DNA of 56,342 bases, counting the filler, from Sphacelaria rigidula (taxonomy: Eukaryota): NCBI GenBank assembly GCA_964200075.2. It is 5 parts of 5 records of this genome, joined end to end, with 100 filler letters (N's around TTAATTAATTAA, not from the genome) between each part and the next. Parts side by side here need not be neighbours in the genome. Positions count along the whole stretch, not along the records: positions 33,869 to 45,055 come from CAXNAA020005268.1; positions 45,156 to 56,342 come from CAXNAA020005269.1; 3 more parts are not named here. One strand, 5' to 3'. The translations under genes and the position numbers were made by a program. Below, piece by piece: positions 37,831 to 51,500 of this stretch. The notes beneath the pieces are model-generated. The model saw only the letters and a program-made list of their open reading frames with translations. It was not told the origin of the DNA and did not search any database. Positions within the stretch are counted from its first letter, which is position 1; each line of letters starts with the position of its first letter.

Positions 37831-40800
37831 TATTGCTGAAAGACAATCTGGCGCTGAATTTAAGGAGAAATCTGTAATCAGTCTCACATCGGTAAAGTGT
37901 ATGGCCTGGCTGAGGAACCGGCCCTCACATTTACCGGAGAACGTGAATTCGTTTTGGAAAGTTTTCGGAGATTACGGTGGGGAAATAAACTCGCTCATGA
38001 TACCCCTAACTCGCTGACGGAACCTCGAGAAAAGGGGGAAATCAACAGAAAGAAAAAAAAGAAAAGCGAACGAAGTAGCACGAACTGAATACAAGAGAAA
38101 TTGAAGATTAAACAAATGCAAACGTTCGTCTCACATCTCATACTGGCCCCGAGAGAGGTTGGTAATTAGCCAGCAGCGTGCAGTACTTTCGTCCAAGTTA
38201 AACGACAGAGTAGTCCATCTCTTTGATTCAATATGTGAGCGTATCCCGTAACAGCTCTTCTACGGCACCGCCGGCTTGCACACAATCTTCTTTTGTTGTT
38301 CACCCTGGGACTGTCTGTATTTCGCGGTTCCTTATTATCTCTGAGTCGGGATTCGGTCGTGGGCCTACTGTATTTTCTGTATTTTTCCCGCTTCTGAAAG
38401 TAGCTCCGTAGGATCACTGTCGTTATGCTGTCGGGGTGTTTTTGAATGTTTCATGGACGTGATTAGTAGTGAGGATGACAGTGTTTGACATAGTCCGATG
38501 TCGTTTGTCCTCGACCCACTTCTCGATTCCTCCCCTTCTGAATCTCCGTCTGCCCCTGTGTTTGTCACCGGGTGCGTGGCAGACAAACCTAGGGGGCACT
38601 ATTCATATCTATAAGAGTAAATGAGGTAATGAGAATGTCACTCCATTAGCGTTCAAGACTTGGGGGGGGGGGGGTTGCCTCCGGCTGAGAAACCTCCGAA
38701 AAATAGGATATCAACCTCTGGGGAGTACCAGTATGCGCTGTGACATTATTGAAAAAACAGCAAAGTGTCATCAGGTTTGAGGGACGGTGTGTCAGGTACG
38801 AAGGACGAATGTCACCACTGCCTCGTGTCCAGATCATGGCCTCCTTCTCTAAAAAACGCACGCATAAGCTCAAGCACTCATACTTCGACGGGGTTGTGAC
38901 GGTGGCATGGCATCGTCTCTACAGTGTGGGAAAACACTCAATGGCACTGCGATACAAGTACGAGGAAGAGATGCCACCCAGCAATGTGAGGGTCGAAGCG
39001 AATCGCTTCCAGAGCCAGCTGGGTACGTTGTGGTCCACATTTGATGACCACCAATTCCATTCAGATAACGCCGTATGAAGATAGTGCGGTAGTTGCAAGA
39101 TGATGTGCGCTATGTTCAGACAATGATATAGAAACTAACTGTAGAACCTTCGGCTATTTCTTGTGCAAATAGGAAGTGGTATCATTGTGATCGACGGGTG
39201 ATACAGTGGTCGTGAAAGTCACAATAACACGCATGTGTACCGTACGAGACTATAGTACTGACTGTGCTGTGCTGTACTCGTCCGATAAGGGTACTGCCCT
39301 GAATGTACTAATCCGCGTTGTGTGGTTTGACAGGTAAAACACACCTGTCCTTCCTGTCCGTCTCCCTCCTCGACTCTCCCGCTTGTTCCTGCTGTCAAAA
39401 GATACACCCGAAATCATAGGCCAATTCGAACATTCAACAACAGCAGGATGGACCGAGGTCAGTCGAGGTTCTGAACTAAAGCCGCCCATGCATGGTTCCA
39501 CAAGCAATTATTCATCGCTGGGGATATATGGCCCGTCAAGACTATTTTTCAAGGTCGTGTTCTGTTTAGATAGGGTATACCCGAAATTGGGGGAGAGGGT
39601 TTATTGTCATACTTCACGATACCGACATGTGTATCGAACATTCCAGTATGGTACGAAAGAGTATCGGTCGAGTCTGGTTCAAAACAACCAGGGATGGTTC
39701 CGAAGGGCTTTTATTCACCGATAAAATACCTCCTTTATACTGCTGTGAGTATCCTAACTTCAGCCGCCATACCGTCGTACATAACACTACCTTGCAATTT
39801 TTCTGTTCTGTCACGCACCATATGGGTCTACGTTCGTCGCGGGCGGGGGCTGGGAGAGGGGAGGGGGGGGTTGCTCCAAGTTTTAGAAAACAACATAAAA
39901 AGCCCTGTTTCCTGGCGGAGTGCGAGAACTTTTTTTCCCTCGCTCTTTATGCCCCAAACTCTAGAATTGTTGGCCCTTCCCTGGGGCGTGTGCGTTTCGA
40001 GGAGAATGTCTGACAACGGATTTGGACAGCTCTTGGTATATGACCGACGTGTTGTTCTCCCTCTAAATAATCAAACTCTGGCAGAGTCATTTAGAAAATA
40101 CGGATCTGGTGAGTAGTATTATTTGCCTCATTACGCGATAACCCACGAGGTGTTTTTGGGTACGAGTGCGGCAAAATTTTCCTTTCATCAGTATTCCGAT
40201 AAAACATTTGATATTGCGGAAAAACGAAATCTTGGTTTGCCGCTGAGTGATCCCTCCCCTCTCTCCTCCCCCGACACACGCACAATACTGCTGCTGCGAG
40301 TTGGCAAACCCACGTTCTGCCAGGTCCGCACTAGGCTACGACCACGGCGGAAGGCACGCAACAAGGCGTGGTGGCTACCCAGCATGCGTCCAGTTTTCTT
40401 TCAAGGGAGTTCCGCGGTAAATTTGGCCCGAATTGTTGAATTTTCCCAGAAAACGGCAACTCCGCGGCTACAGTACAGACGTAGCTTGACGCCGTTGTGA
40501 CGTGCATCGTTCTTTCACCTTTCAATCCGTTTTTTTTGGCAAGGTATTACGAAAAACAGAATCAAAGCGGTGTCTTACACGGACTATATGAAAAACAGGT
40601 GATGGTACGTGTGCGTAAGTACAGGTGCTTTACAGCCTATTCTGGTAGGCTTGTTGAGAGCCCAATACCGAACGTCGTCAAATGCCAGGAACAAACTAGA
40701 CCACCCAATCGCGGAGTATTCCAGCCGGTATACGGTCGAAGGCACTGATTATCGTGTCGACCACCAAAACCTTTCCATCCCCAGACAAACAGCTTCGTAT

Positions 40801-42108
40801 CCAAAACACGCAGCTCAACGCGCCGCACCCATCAGTGCCAGAGCTGCCGCTTGCGTTGTGCTAATCATTTTCCCATAGGGCTGCGCCAAGTGTCCCATAG
40901 TCCATAAGTACCGCGGTCGTGCGCGGGGCGTGTGCCTGAGCTATCTGTACAGCTCAACCCCGCGGCGGATCCAAGCGGATCCTTTTGGGGTCTTGGGGTG
41001 TTACAACTTTTGAGCGGACGCAGCGAACGCACCCGTTTCAACACTACCATGGTGTCTTTTGAGGCGTGAGATTATGGGGATAGGGCTTGTATGCGACAAG
41101 TACGGGGTACCCCCTGGTGCTCTCGCCGCGGCGGCTGAGATGTGCCGGCACTTTGCACTGAGGGTATCAAGGATTACCGCCACACCCATACAAGCCTACA
41201 CGAAGACACCGGGCTCACAGTACAACTACACTTGGTCACCCGCAATAGGGTATCGTAATATCTCTACGGACGCGACAATCTTGCCCACGATAAACACCAC
41301 GTCTTTGAACAGCGTGACTGTTAATATGTGCCCATAAGACATTGCGATCGAGGCATACGGCATGGCACTCGCGACTGTAAGTTGCATATGGTGAGCACAT
41401 CAAGCACATCGCGCTGGACCAGGCGATCGCTTCTCATTGAACTGAAGTTTGACACTACAGCCGGAATTGGCTCTCCGCAAGATCTTATTCCTGCAAGAAA
41501 TCGCCCTTATCGGGTCGTTGTGGTGTGTATCGTTGAAAATACGGGAGACATTGTTTGCTGAAATAGCGGCACAATATTCTGCCGGCTACGCGCAAGCCGC
41601 ACATCATCTGTTTTGTGTGCATACAAGTTTTGTTATCAAGTGTGGTGCGTCTCGTCCACTTTAGTTTTCTCCGGACACACAGCAGTAGTACTATACAGTG
41701 TTTTGACGGCTGCTGGACTATTGTAGTTGTGAAAGAACAGTGGCATGGTTGATCGATTGATTGAGTAATAAATTGTCCACACACACTGAGTGATCCCTGC
41801 GGGATCCAGCTGTGGTCACAACGCAGACCTTCCGACGGCAAACAAAAATGGAAACAATCGGTGAAGAGAGTGAGACCACCAAGAGCGAAAATTATAACAA
41901 AGTAGACTCAGCAGAACCGAGGGACAAATACGACAGAAGAAGAGGAATGAGCAGGAAAAAAGAGTAAGAGCTTGATCATGTACAGTACCTTGATGTCCGC
42001 TACTTTTACCTTCTTTCCCGCACACTCAGAACTGCACGCCTTGACACAAAAGACTGCTGGCCAGACTGAACTTTGTCGACAAGAAACGTAGCAATCACGG
42101 CGAGCAGT

Positions 42109-42930
42109 TCAATCCCGCAACAGGCAGTCGCTATTTAGGAACAAATCTTGTCCAATTTGCCGGATAAACCCCTCCGCAGGGATGTCGATCTGTGGTTCTT
42201 GCTCGCCTTCTACTGTACATACCTTGTCCTTAATCGAATTTACCTGGCCCATAGACGGCCAGCTCCTCTTCCCCACCTCCTCCAGCGTCGCCCCGATGTT
42301 ACCATCGCCCTTTGTCGTGTTGGCCAACATCGAACCCCGCTCCCACTTAATCCCGTCAGAGATTCCACGTTGAATGATCCCCCCGACTCCGCAGCCTATC
42401 TTAGCGGGAAACTGGACCACCGTGCTGCTTGCCCCCGCCACGATGGCTCTGAACCCTTCCTCCATTCTTGTCCACTGCTGTGGTGATACAAGAACGTTGG
42501 GCACCGCCAGCCTCTCCACGAAGGTCAGATCCTCGGCGGTGCATACATTCAGGCTGAAAAAGAAAGCGAGGTCTACTCTGAGTTGCTGGACGACAGCCTT
42601 GCCAAGGCGTTCGCGCCTCGCCCTCGCAAGCATAGTATCATGTATTTGGACGAACTCCGGGTCGTCCTGGCGGCACATCTCCTCGCTTTCGTCGAATGTC
42701 ATGCTCACCACTGCCACCCACTCGTCGCGCTCATCCTTTGAGAGCGATAGCGGGAACAGAGGAAGATATGCAGAGCGGAGCTGGTCCACCTCTTCCGCGC
42801 TGAGTGAAACTGGGGTAACATTCACACCCGGGATCTGAAGGCGGTTAGCGAGCAAGAAGTAGATGGATGCCACAAGACACGACGCCGCGACTACACACAA
42901 CGCCGGCCCGAAACACAGCAGGCGGGGCAT
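42109..42930 (-). CDS. Hypothetical 273-aa protein with N-terminal signal anchor/TM helix, single coding exon
   Basis: Stop-free ORF starting ATG (MPRLLCFGPALCVVAASCLVASIYFLL...) with coding-like composition; a TTGCAG acceptor just upstream suggests a 5'-UTR intron. No family recognised. Confidence 0.7.
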   Translation of the reverse strand: MPRLLCFGPALCVVAASCLVASIYFLLANRLQIPGVNVTPVSLSAEEVDQLRSAYLPLFPLSLSKDERDEWVAVVSMTFDESEEMCRQDDPEFVQIHDTMLARARRERLGKAVVQQLRVDLAFFFSLNVCTAEDLTFVERLAVPNVLVSPQQWTRMEEGFRAIVAGASSTVVQFPAKIGCGVGGIIQRGISDGIKWERGSMLANTTKGDGNIGATLEEVGKRSWPSMGQVNSIKDKVCTVEGEQEPQIDIPAEGFIRQIGQDLFLNSDCLLRD

Positions 42931-45055
42931 GTTGATCTTTCCCTGCAACCGTATTAGTCTGTCTCACTGTACTGCGTGGTGCTTGTAGGTTTGTCGCCTT
43001 GTGCTTTCCAGTGTCTGAGCGCGATATGAAGAGATTGATAATGCGGGCTTGGGCTATGACTATGTGCCGACTTTTCAGCGCCCCCGTACGTATTTTGTTT
43101 CTCTTCGCCGAAAGGATCGTGGTCACCAGCGTCCATATCGCGAATGACGGTGAATAACACCCCTGGGGGTGTAGGATATGCAACCTCGCATTCACTTTAG
43201 TCTGTGGAGTCTGAACAAACAAGCATCATATTCTCCCGTTTGAAATTTCTGAGTAAAGCTGCCTTCACATGAGTTTTTTCATCCATGATAAGTGCTCTCC
43301 GTCGAAATAAGGGGTATGAGAGCAACCTGCCCCGAGGGAGTGTTATTGCCCGTCATCAACGTGAGCCCGGACGCTTCCCGCGCGATGTTTGATGTTTGAT
43401 GTTTTCGTATTAACTACATCCCGCTGTGCTACATGTTGCAGCTGCTCAAAGCACAGCAGTCGAAGCACCATATACACGGCTGGGAAAGGAAAAGTAGCGC
43501 ATTGAAGCAGAAATAGGACACTGGTGCAACATATACTCTTTATCGTCTTGAACCTGTTGTCAACACTCTACTACTGTATCCGAGCTGTAGCCAGTACTCC
43601 GTTCGCACTACCAACGGGACTTGATGATGACAAGACAATCGAGGGTGATGACAGCATCGTGATCTGACAACGCGACCGGTAGCCATGTGAAGCCAGTACT
43701 CGCACGATACGGAAGTTAGCCATCAGCGCCACGCTGCAGTTCTTGCTTGCAGCTGCGCAAACATTCCATGTCATCGTTTTTCTGTAAATTATAGTGATTG
43801 GGATTCCTTCTGCGCTATACCCACCCCAGAGAGTCGGTGTGCCGATCATCAAGAGGACGCAGTCCCACACTGGGAGAATCTTGCAAGGGGTCGAGGCTAA
43901 GCACTGGAGATGGTAAATCAAGTGTCGCGGCAGAGGTGTTGCGGCGCTGGTAGTAGTTTCAAGCATCCCGCCAATATCGTGAAGCCAGCATTATACTACA
44001 AGTCCACGGCCCGCCGGGAGACCACGGCAGCGAGGCAGCACAGTGGTACTACCTCTGTCCCTTGCATGGTTGATTAGCTGCCCGAGCACCGGAAAATATG
44101 AGGAAAGAATCAGCTGAAGCTGAAGGGCAGGTTGCTTAGACTTGATGACGTGGGCAAGCTAGCTTGTGTCCAACGCGGCCGAAGGCAGCCGTTGCTGTTC
44201 GAATGAGACAGCGTTGGCGTTTGGTGGCGAGCGAACGGAGATCCTCTGGAGGTATACAGCAAAATGCCCTTACACACAGCTGGCTGTTCCGTGGCACCCC
44301 CGTATGGTGGGGTATGTATTGAAAACTGGTTGCGGCCAAGTCGACATGCTGCCAGGGCGTTGTCCCATCTATTCCAAGGTGTACTGTAGTCAAGCTTTTT
44401 CACTATTACAAGGTGCTCAACAGCTGCTTCCTCTGAAGTCAGTTGCCGACAGCGCTGACGGCTGGATCCGTAATGCAAAACCCATCCTCGGGAGCTGCTG
44501 GCGGGTGATCGGACACGCTTCAATTGTGGAAGGCTGACCAACCGTCCGTGCGAGTTTCAGAATGTGAGACTGCCCCTTAAACCGTAGATACTGTATGAAA
44601 ATACCGGCATGGTGGAGGAAGTGGCTGTCCGTTGCACGGCAAGAGCTCGATGTGCTCAAAAAGGATTCTTCTTTTTGTTGAAGAAAGCCGAGCTACAGTA
44701 CAGTAGCCTCGAAAATTAACGCTCATTGTCAACTACAAGTTGGTCCGCCCAAGAAACCGGGGTTCGCCAATATTGCTCCGCCTCGCTCGAGTTTTCGAGT
44801 CAACTTGCGAACTATCGGCAGTGAGAGACAAGGAATTCGCCAAAATGCTCGACTCTCGCTTTCCCTCTCCTTTATTTTCCCTGGTCGACCCATCTTCGAA
44901 ACCCTACAAAGGCACCGTAGGTAAGGTACCGTACCGAGCGTACCCCCGGGGTATCCCATACCGTGGTATACGTAGGTACCGTAGGTATGAGATTTCAAAA
45001 TACCGGATTGGGCAGGTAAGGTAGGTATTTGAATCTCGATATATCCTGGTATCGT

Positions 45056-45155
45056 NNNNNNNNNNNNNNNNNNNNNNNNNNNNNNNNNNNNNNNNNNNNT
45101 TAATTAATTAANNNNNNNNNNNNNNNNNNNNNNNNNNNNNNNNNNNNNNNNNNNN
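45056..45155. other. Artificial contig linker
   Basis: N44-TTAATTAATTAA-N44. Confidence 0.98.
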
Positions 45156-45479
45156 CTACCAAGGCCTCACTTTGTTCAAAGAATGTATGTACCACCCTTG
45201 CCCGAGGGTTCTCGGTGTGCAACTAGCCTCCTGGCATTCCAGCGTATCGTGAGCATGGACGAAAAGCTCCGCAGTGGCATGCAGCATATGTGGAACAACA
45301 ACGGAAGTAACGGTAGGGTTCTCTATATGTATTTTGGATCCATGTCGTTCTCTTCCGATGACGTTGGGCATATTTTACCCGACGAGCCTGAATAAGCCCC
45401 GAAAGTCGACATGTTCGTGTCTTGTCGTGATTTTGGTCGGTGACACTTTTTTTGCCCAGTTTGGGGGGTCAGGCGCACC

Positions 45480-46045
45480 CATAACTGTGCCGGGTTCATA
45501 CCTGGAGGCTGTGTTGACGATACTGCTTTCGCGTATTCAACGCTACGGGGACAGCACAAACAACTAGGTCATGCTACGATAGGACGGGGGTGGGGCTTGG
45601 GCCATTGCTTCCACGAAATTCAACTTCGAATCATCGCTGTAAGCAACGATCGTCCGAACGCGCGTGTGTAACGATGGAAAACGCTCATTCATACTGCTTG
45701 ACGCCGAGTGTGTCAGGTTGTCCGACACACCCCCAAGTCTTTTTTCCTAGAAATCAAAGACGCAACCTATCGTAGCACGACTCTGTACATGCTCTTCAGC
45801 GCTGTACCGGTAGCACCGCATGGGTGGGCGAAGAGTACAAACAACGCAGAACAGCACGGTGCGCCTTGTACCTCTTCAACTCATGACACCGACCACGTGG
45901 CATTCGGAACAGAAAATACTAAACCCTGAAACGTTGGGCACGGCCCACACCTACCTCGTGAAAACAAAACAAAACAGGTTTTAAGCGTAAACAATCCAGC
46001 CGTTTCTTACTTATCCCTGCGTTGTGTTTTTTCTCGAAACTCTTT
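45480..46045. repeat. Second copy of the dispersed repeat at 9260-10110
   Basis: Reverse-complement match to blocks of 9260-9458 and 9948-10110. Confidence 0.85.
45566..45784. mobile_element. MITE with CTACGATAG-type TIRs
   Basis: AGGTCATGCTACGATAGG ... CCTATCGTAGCACGACTCT; absent from the homologous repeat copy at ~10020-10030. Confidence 0.75.
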
Positions 46046-48520
46046 ATTATACAGGAGCATATCGAGCCTCGTGGAGGGGCGTACTCATTTGTTGCTTGCC
46101 TTCGTCGTTTGACCATTAACCCCTCGTGGAGGGGCATGTCGGAACTGAAGCAATCCTCTCACTAATTGGCCGCTTTTCACTCCCAACCGTATACTCTACT
46201 GTACCCTCAATCTCACGAATACATTGTTGCCTTTGTAGTACCAAGTAGAGTGTTACTTTTAATATTTTTTAATTTTATTTTCATCATTTTTATTCACATT
46301 TCCGCACATGAGTCCGCTCTCTCAAACCCGTGATCACAAACGAAGGCTCATCTTTCCGATACCGTCCCTGCTATTCCTTGCAAGACACGGAGTCCTCCAT
46401 CATATTTTTTTAGACTCCAGACTAATTACAAGAACAAACGCAATGAGTTAAACTTTTCACCAAAATGAAGATAAGATGAAAATACTCTAAGAAAACATGG
46501 GAAGTAGCTTCCCCGCGTTCAACGGGGTGAAAAGTTAAAAAAAAAACATATGACACGAAGAGATTGGCAAGGCCACCGAGCGGGGGGCAACTCAAAAAGC
46601 AACCCCAGGCACCCCCATAGATCACCACCACAGCTGTTTGGAAAGACCGCAGATGTACTATAATAATGAGTGTACTACTCGATATACTACTGCGGTTACT
46701 TTTTTGAGGTCCTCGCTAAGCACTGGGGGGGCTCTAATGGTCGCACATCAAAATGTTCCTTAGCGTGGCGTGTTTTCGTCCCGGCGGAGACGTACATGTC
46801 AGCCCCCTCCTCCACAAGTCGGGACCATTCGGACGCATCTTGAGCAATTTGCGTCCACGATGTCGCATTTTTTTCGAAGTACGAACAGTAGTCCGTGATA
46901 CAGTGTTGCAGGCGCCTTGCTGGTCGGCCTGCCCTTGTCTTCCCCCTAACAATGACTCCACGCATGACAATGTTGGGGAGGCGTTCATCGGCATGCGCAC
47001 AACGCGGCCGGCGTGTAGAGAGGTTCGCTTCATGACTGTGGCCTCAATGCACTCGCAGCTAGTTCGTTCGAGGACCTCCTGGTATGGCAGCGTATCTTAG
47101 TCAGGGGCGCTGCCGCTTGAGGCATGCTTATTGAGGCACTTCAGCAGGAATCCTCGATGGACCTCCCGTAATGCGCCGAAATTGTCGTGTCCGATCGCCC
47201 AGGTCACGCAGCCGAACAGCATTACCTCGGCCATTTCAGTCTTCGGGAGGCGAGCTTTGGTGGCGCGGGCGATATACAGGTTGGCGTATACCGCTCTGCT
47301 GACTTGTAGAGGCACGCCCAGACCTGGCCAATGTGGCTGTGGATCTCGGGAGTGACATCACCGATGCAACTGATTTTTTTTGCCAAGGTAGAGGAACGAC
47401 TCAACTTGCTTGTATTTTTGGCCCGCTGCCACCACTTCTTTTGTATCCGCCCACATTTTCGGGGAGCGCATGTGCATGGTGGCGGTCTTCTTTTCCGCGA
47501 CGACGAGATCGAATGCCGCACGTACTTCGGCGACGACCATCATCTTTGCCAGGCTTACCTGGGACCGCGAAGCGATGTCAGCGTCGTCGGCGTATAGCAT
47601 AGCCCAGAGCACTTTGCTGAGTTCGTCCCTGGTCTTCTCCTCCCCCTTCGGCGATGCGGATGAGGTCTCGCACCACCGCGTTATTGTCCAAGAAGCGGTC
47701 GAACCTTACCGTCAGCACCGCCGCGAAAAAGATGTTGAACAGACCGGGGGAAAGCACACAGCCTCGGCAGAGGCCCTAGTGAACGTTACACCACTCAAAC
47801 GTCTCGTCGCTGTTCAGGCGTACGCATGCCCGCATGCCGTCGTGAAATTGGTGGATGATGGAAATTAACTTGACGGGGGGATACCGTAGCGTGCTAGAAC
47901 TTTCCAGAGAAGAGGGTGGTCACCTGAGTCGTACGCCTTTTGGAGGTCGATGAAGCACGTGCTCGAAGGACAAATCCTCTCTCTGGCGAGTTCTTGGAGC
48001 CTGCCCACAACGAAAATCATGTTTTGTGGACCGGCCAGGTCGGAAACCGCATTGTGCTTCCCGGAGGATTCCCTTGCACTCGCAAAGAGCGCTGAGGCGA
48101 ACCGCGACTACCTTGAGTACCAGCTCGCCCGCGTGGGACCTGAGATAAATACCGCGGTAGTTGCCGCATTCGTGCGCGTCCTGTTTCCTGAAAAGCACCT
48201 CGATGATGGCGTTTTTCCACTCCTGCGGCTGTACTTCCTGAACCCACACGGCGAGCACGATGTTGTGGAGTCACCTCAGAATGGCAGTCTCCGGTGCGGC
48301 CGAGCTTCAATAGCTCGTCACAGATGTTGTCCGTCCCGACGGCCTTGCCGTTCGCCAGCTCGCCCACCGCTTCCTTCACTTCTGCCATCGAGAGCTCCGC
48401 CGCGAGTGGTGCGTGCTCTGGTATCTGTCCGATGAGGTCGATCGTGGGCGAGGTTGCGTTCAGAGTGTTTCGAACCATTTTTTCCTTCGTTGAAAATAGC
48501 TTACTTGTCCCGCAACAGCC

Positions 48521-51500
48521 TGAAGGCTTGATTGCTTGCTCGGTGCAAGGGTCAGTGGTTGAAAAAGGGTCCTGAGACCGAAAACACTCTTCTGCTGTAT
48601 TAGTTGCCCAGTAAAAATATGTACATTGTATACTCCATATAGAAACGTAAAATCACCCACTAGTGCACTGAGAAAAAAAGTAGAGGGGGGGGTTTCTTGG
48701 GCATTTCGCTCATACAAATTAACACATCAGAGCGCCATTTCTTCGCCACACGATAACGTGTGTGCCCCTGGTAGATCTACTGCAAGCATCATATCGGGTG
48801 TACCTTGAATAACAGAACCAAATATCTCATTCGTATTTCCCCCATACGTCATGATCCAATCTCAGTATCCATTTTCCCTGCATGCAAACATATGTACATT
48901 TACCTATCCTTGAATGTGAGTATACTCGATTAACCCTCCTAATCACGGCTGAGGTCCTAATACGCGTTATACATCTGAATGTACGACGATGCTTTTTCCC
49001 GAAAACGACAATACTCAATCCTATGTTACCAAGCATTTGAAGAAATTAATCGTTCCAGCCGCGTACAAATATACCGTAACGCCATCTTCTTAGCAAACCG
49101 AAAATCCTCCCTTGAATCATTTTCCTCAATACTTGACGGCATATCCATGCTCTGTATCTATCCCCTCACGTCCTTCAGTGCTGATATAAAACTCCAACTC
49201 TGGATTATGATCTTGGATCGTTACCATCAACTCAGCTTTTCTCGAAACAGAGACAACGAGAAAACATGACAAATAAAACATGCCATAGAAATCCGTTCAG
49301 CCTCCGAAAACATTTTGGTGCCAGGTAACAATCTCAACCCCCAACACTCGAATCCTTCAAAATGTCTTGTCCACATGGCAATCAGGACTGTCATATCCAT
49401 GAAATTTGACTTGGTGTGCCGCCTACAGTACTGTCAGCGTCAGGCAATTTTCTGTACTCATCACTAACTGAAATTAACGATTGCAACATTGTATCTATGC
49501 TCGGCACCCAGCGCCCGCAGGTCGATCCGAGGATGCTGCATGTGAAATTTGCATACAGTCAACCCCATCACGCAGGACACCACCCTCCTGCCTGGACACA
49601 TTCCTATGGATCGGCCAACACCGTGCAATGGTACGGTGACCAGGCAGGGTACGCAGACAGCAGCAACCTCGAAGATGAACACTGCAACGGAACGGACGAA
49701 GACGGATGGATCTGGGAAGACAGCAACAACATTTTCAGCGGCACAGGCTACGCGCACTGTATACAATTTCCCCGCAATCCCACGCACCCGCAACCAACAA
49801 CCAAATGCAGTCGCCTCCACAGCAAGGGGAATTTGAACTTCAGCATCCACGTTAATTACATCATCAGCAGCGACCACTCCATGTTGCCCCACCCAATTCC
49901 GACCTGCCTTTACCGGGCTCATCGATATCCTCTGCGCTGCTACCTGTGCATGGCACATAATATGTCACAAGGCGAGTCACGTTTTGTGCCATGCACAGGT
50001 AAAGCAGCGCACAGGATGTCGATGAACCCGGCAAAGGCAGGTCGGAATTGGGTGGGGCAACATGGGGTGGTCGCTCATGATGATGTAGTTAACGTGGGTG
50101 TTAAAGTTCAAATTCCCCTTGCTGTGGAGGCGACTGCATCTGGCTGTTGGTTGCGGGTTTGCGTGGGGTTGCGGGGAAATTGTATACAGTGCGCGTAGCC
50201 TGTGCCGCTGAAAATGTTGTTGCTGTCTTCCCAGATCCATCCGTCTTCGTACATCCCGTTGCAGTGTTCATCATCGAGGTTGCAGCTATCTTCGTACCCT
50301 GCCTGGTCACCGTACCATTGCACGGTGTTGGCCGATCCATAGGAATGTGTCCAGGGAGGGGGCTGGTGTCCTGCGTGATGGGGTTATCAGTGTTCAGCAT
50401 TCACATGATGCATCCCCGGATCGATTTGCGGGCGCCCCATCCTACGCCATGTGCAGAAAGTATGCATGTAACCTAAGTCACCCCATGTGATGCATCATTT
50501 ACGGGGGTCTGCGTGGTAGATCGGGGGTCCGTTGCCTACTGGACGGTATAACCATCAGGATAACCTGAGTAGTCATATCCACCTAGCGGCGGATCATAAC
50601 AAGGCAGCTGGCTGCCTGGGGGGGCATCCGTCCCCCGCGCCCCGAACCACCGTACTTGGGAATGGATCCTCGCCCTGCGCCCCGTCCTCCGCGTCTCCCT
50701 TGCTGCCGTTGCTATGGTTGCTGAAGTTGCTTCTGCTGCTGTGGGTGCTGAAGTTGCATCTGGGGAGGAGTTGAGCCTGCATTCTACCGCGTCCGCCACC
50801 CCCACGACCCCCAAATCTATCTGTACTGTGGTACTGCTGCTGGCGTACATCATTCCACGCACCACGATCACCACGACTGTCTTGTCTGTGCATATTTCGT
50901 TGTGCGTTGCATTCGGAGTCGTCAAGCCGGGTGGTATCGTGAAAATGACAAGAAGCATCATGCTGTCGCCGACGTCTCTCACCCCCTTGCTGTCGTCCAA
51001 TTTGCTGTACGCCCCCGCTTCTTCCACCCCCCGTGGCAGCGACGAGCGCATTGCCCTGAGTCCCGTCCTGATTCCTTCCTGCCCTCCTCCGGGCCGGTTC
51101 CATCTCTCCATGCGCCATCATCACCATGCACTCTACGGTCTCCGTCGCTACGTCATCTTCCGCGAGCAGTACACCGCGCTGTATGTCAAAGTCGGGGGAT
51201 AGGGAGCGGATATAGTGCCGGTTGGTATCTAAGTCTGAAATGATTACCCCCAAGTTTCGCACGGTTATACCTCATCAACTTCGCTCTATCGAAAAACATA
51301 CGGAGGTCCTCTCCACTGTTCATCTCAAGACTCTGCAATTCATGTTCCAACTGCGTTTTTTTCAGTTGTTGGGCATACCGTGTAGTGGTCTACGATGTAC
51401 TTCCATCCCTCCCTTGGGCTACCTAGCCTCGCTACTTGCTCTACTAATGGTACATATGTCACTTTCTCCACGAGTATGTTCCACGCTCTCATGGCCTGTT

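Noticed and set aside
36551-38586. Low-complexity minus-strand exon-like segments
   Set aside because: Stops and missing donor sites; no family evidence.
49416-50198. 260-aa ORF across the palindrome
   Set aside because: Inverted gag copy read through the loop; not an independent gene.
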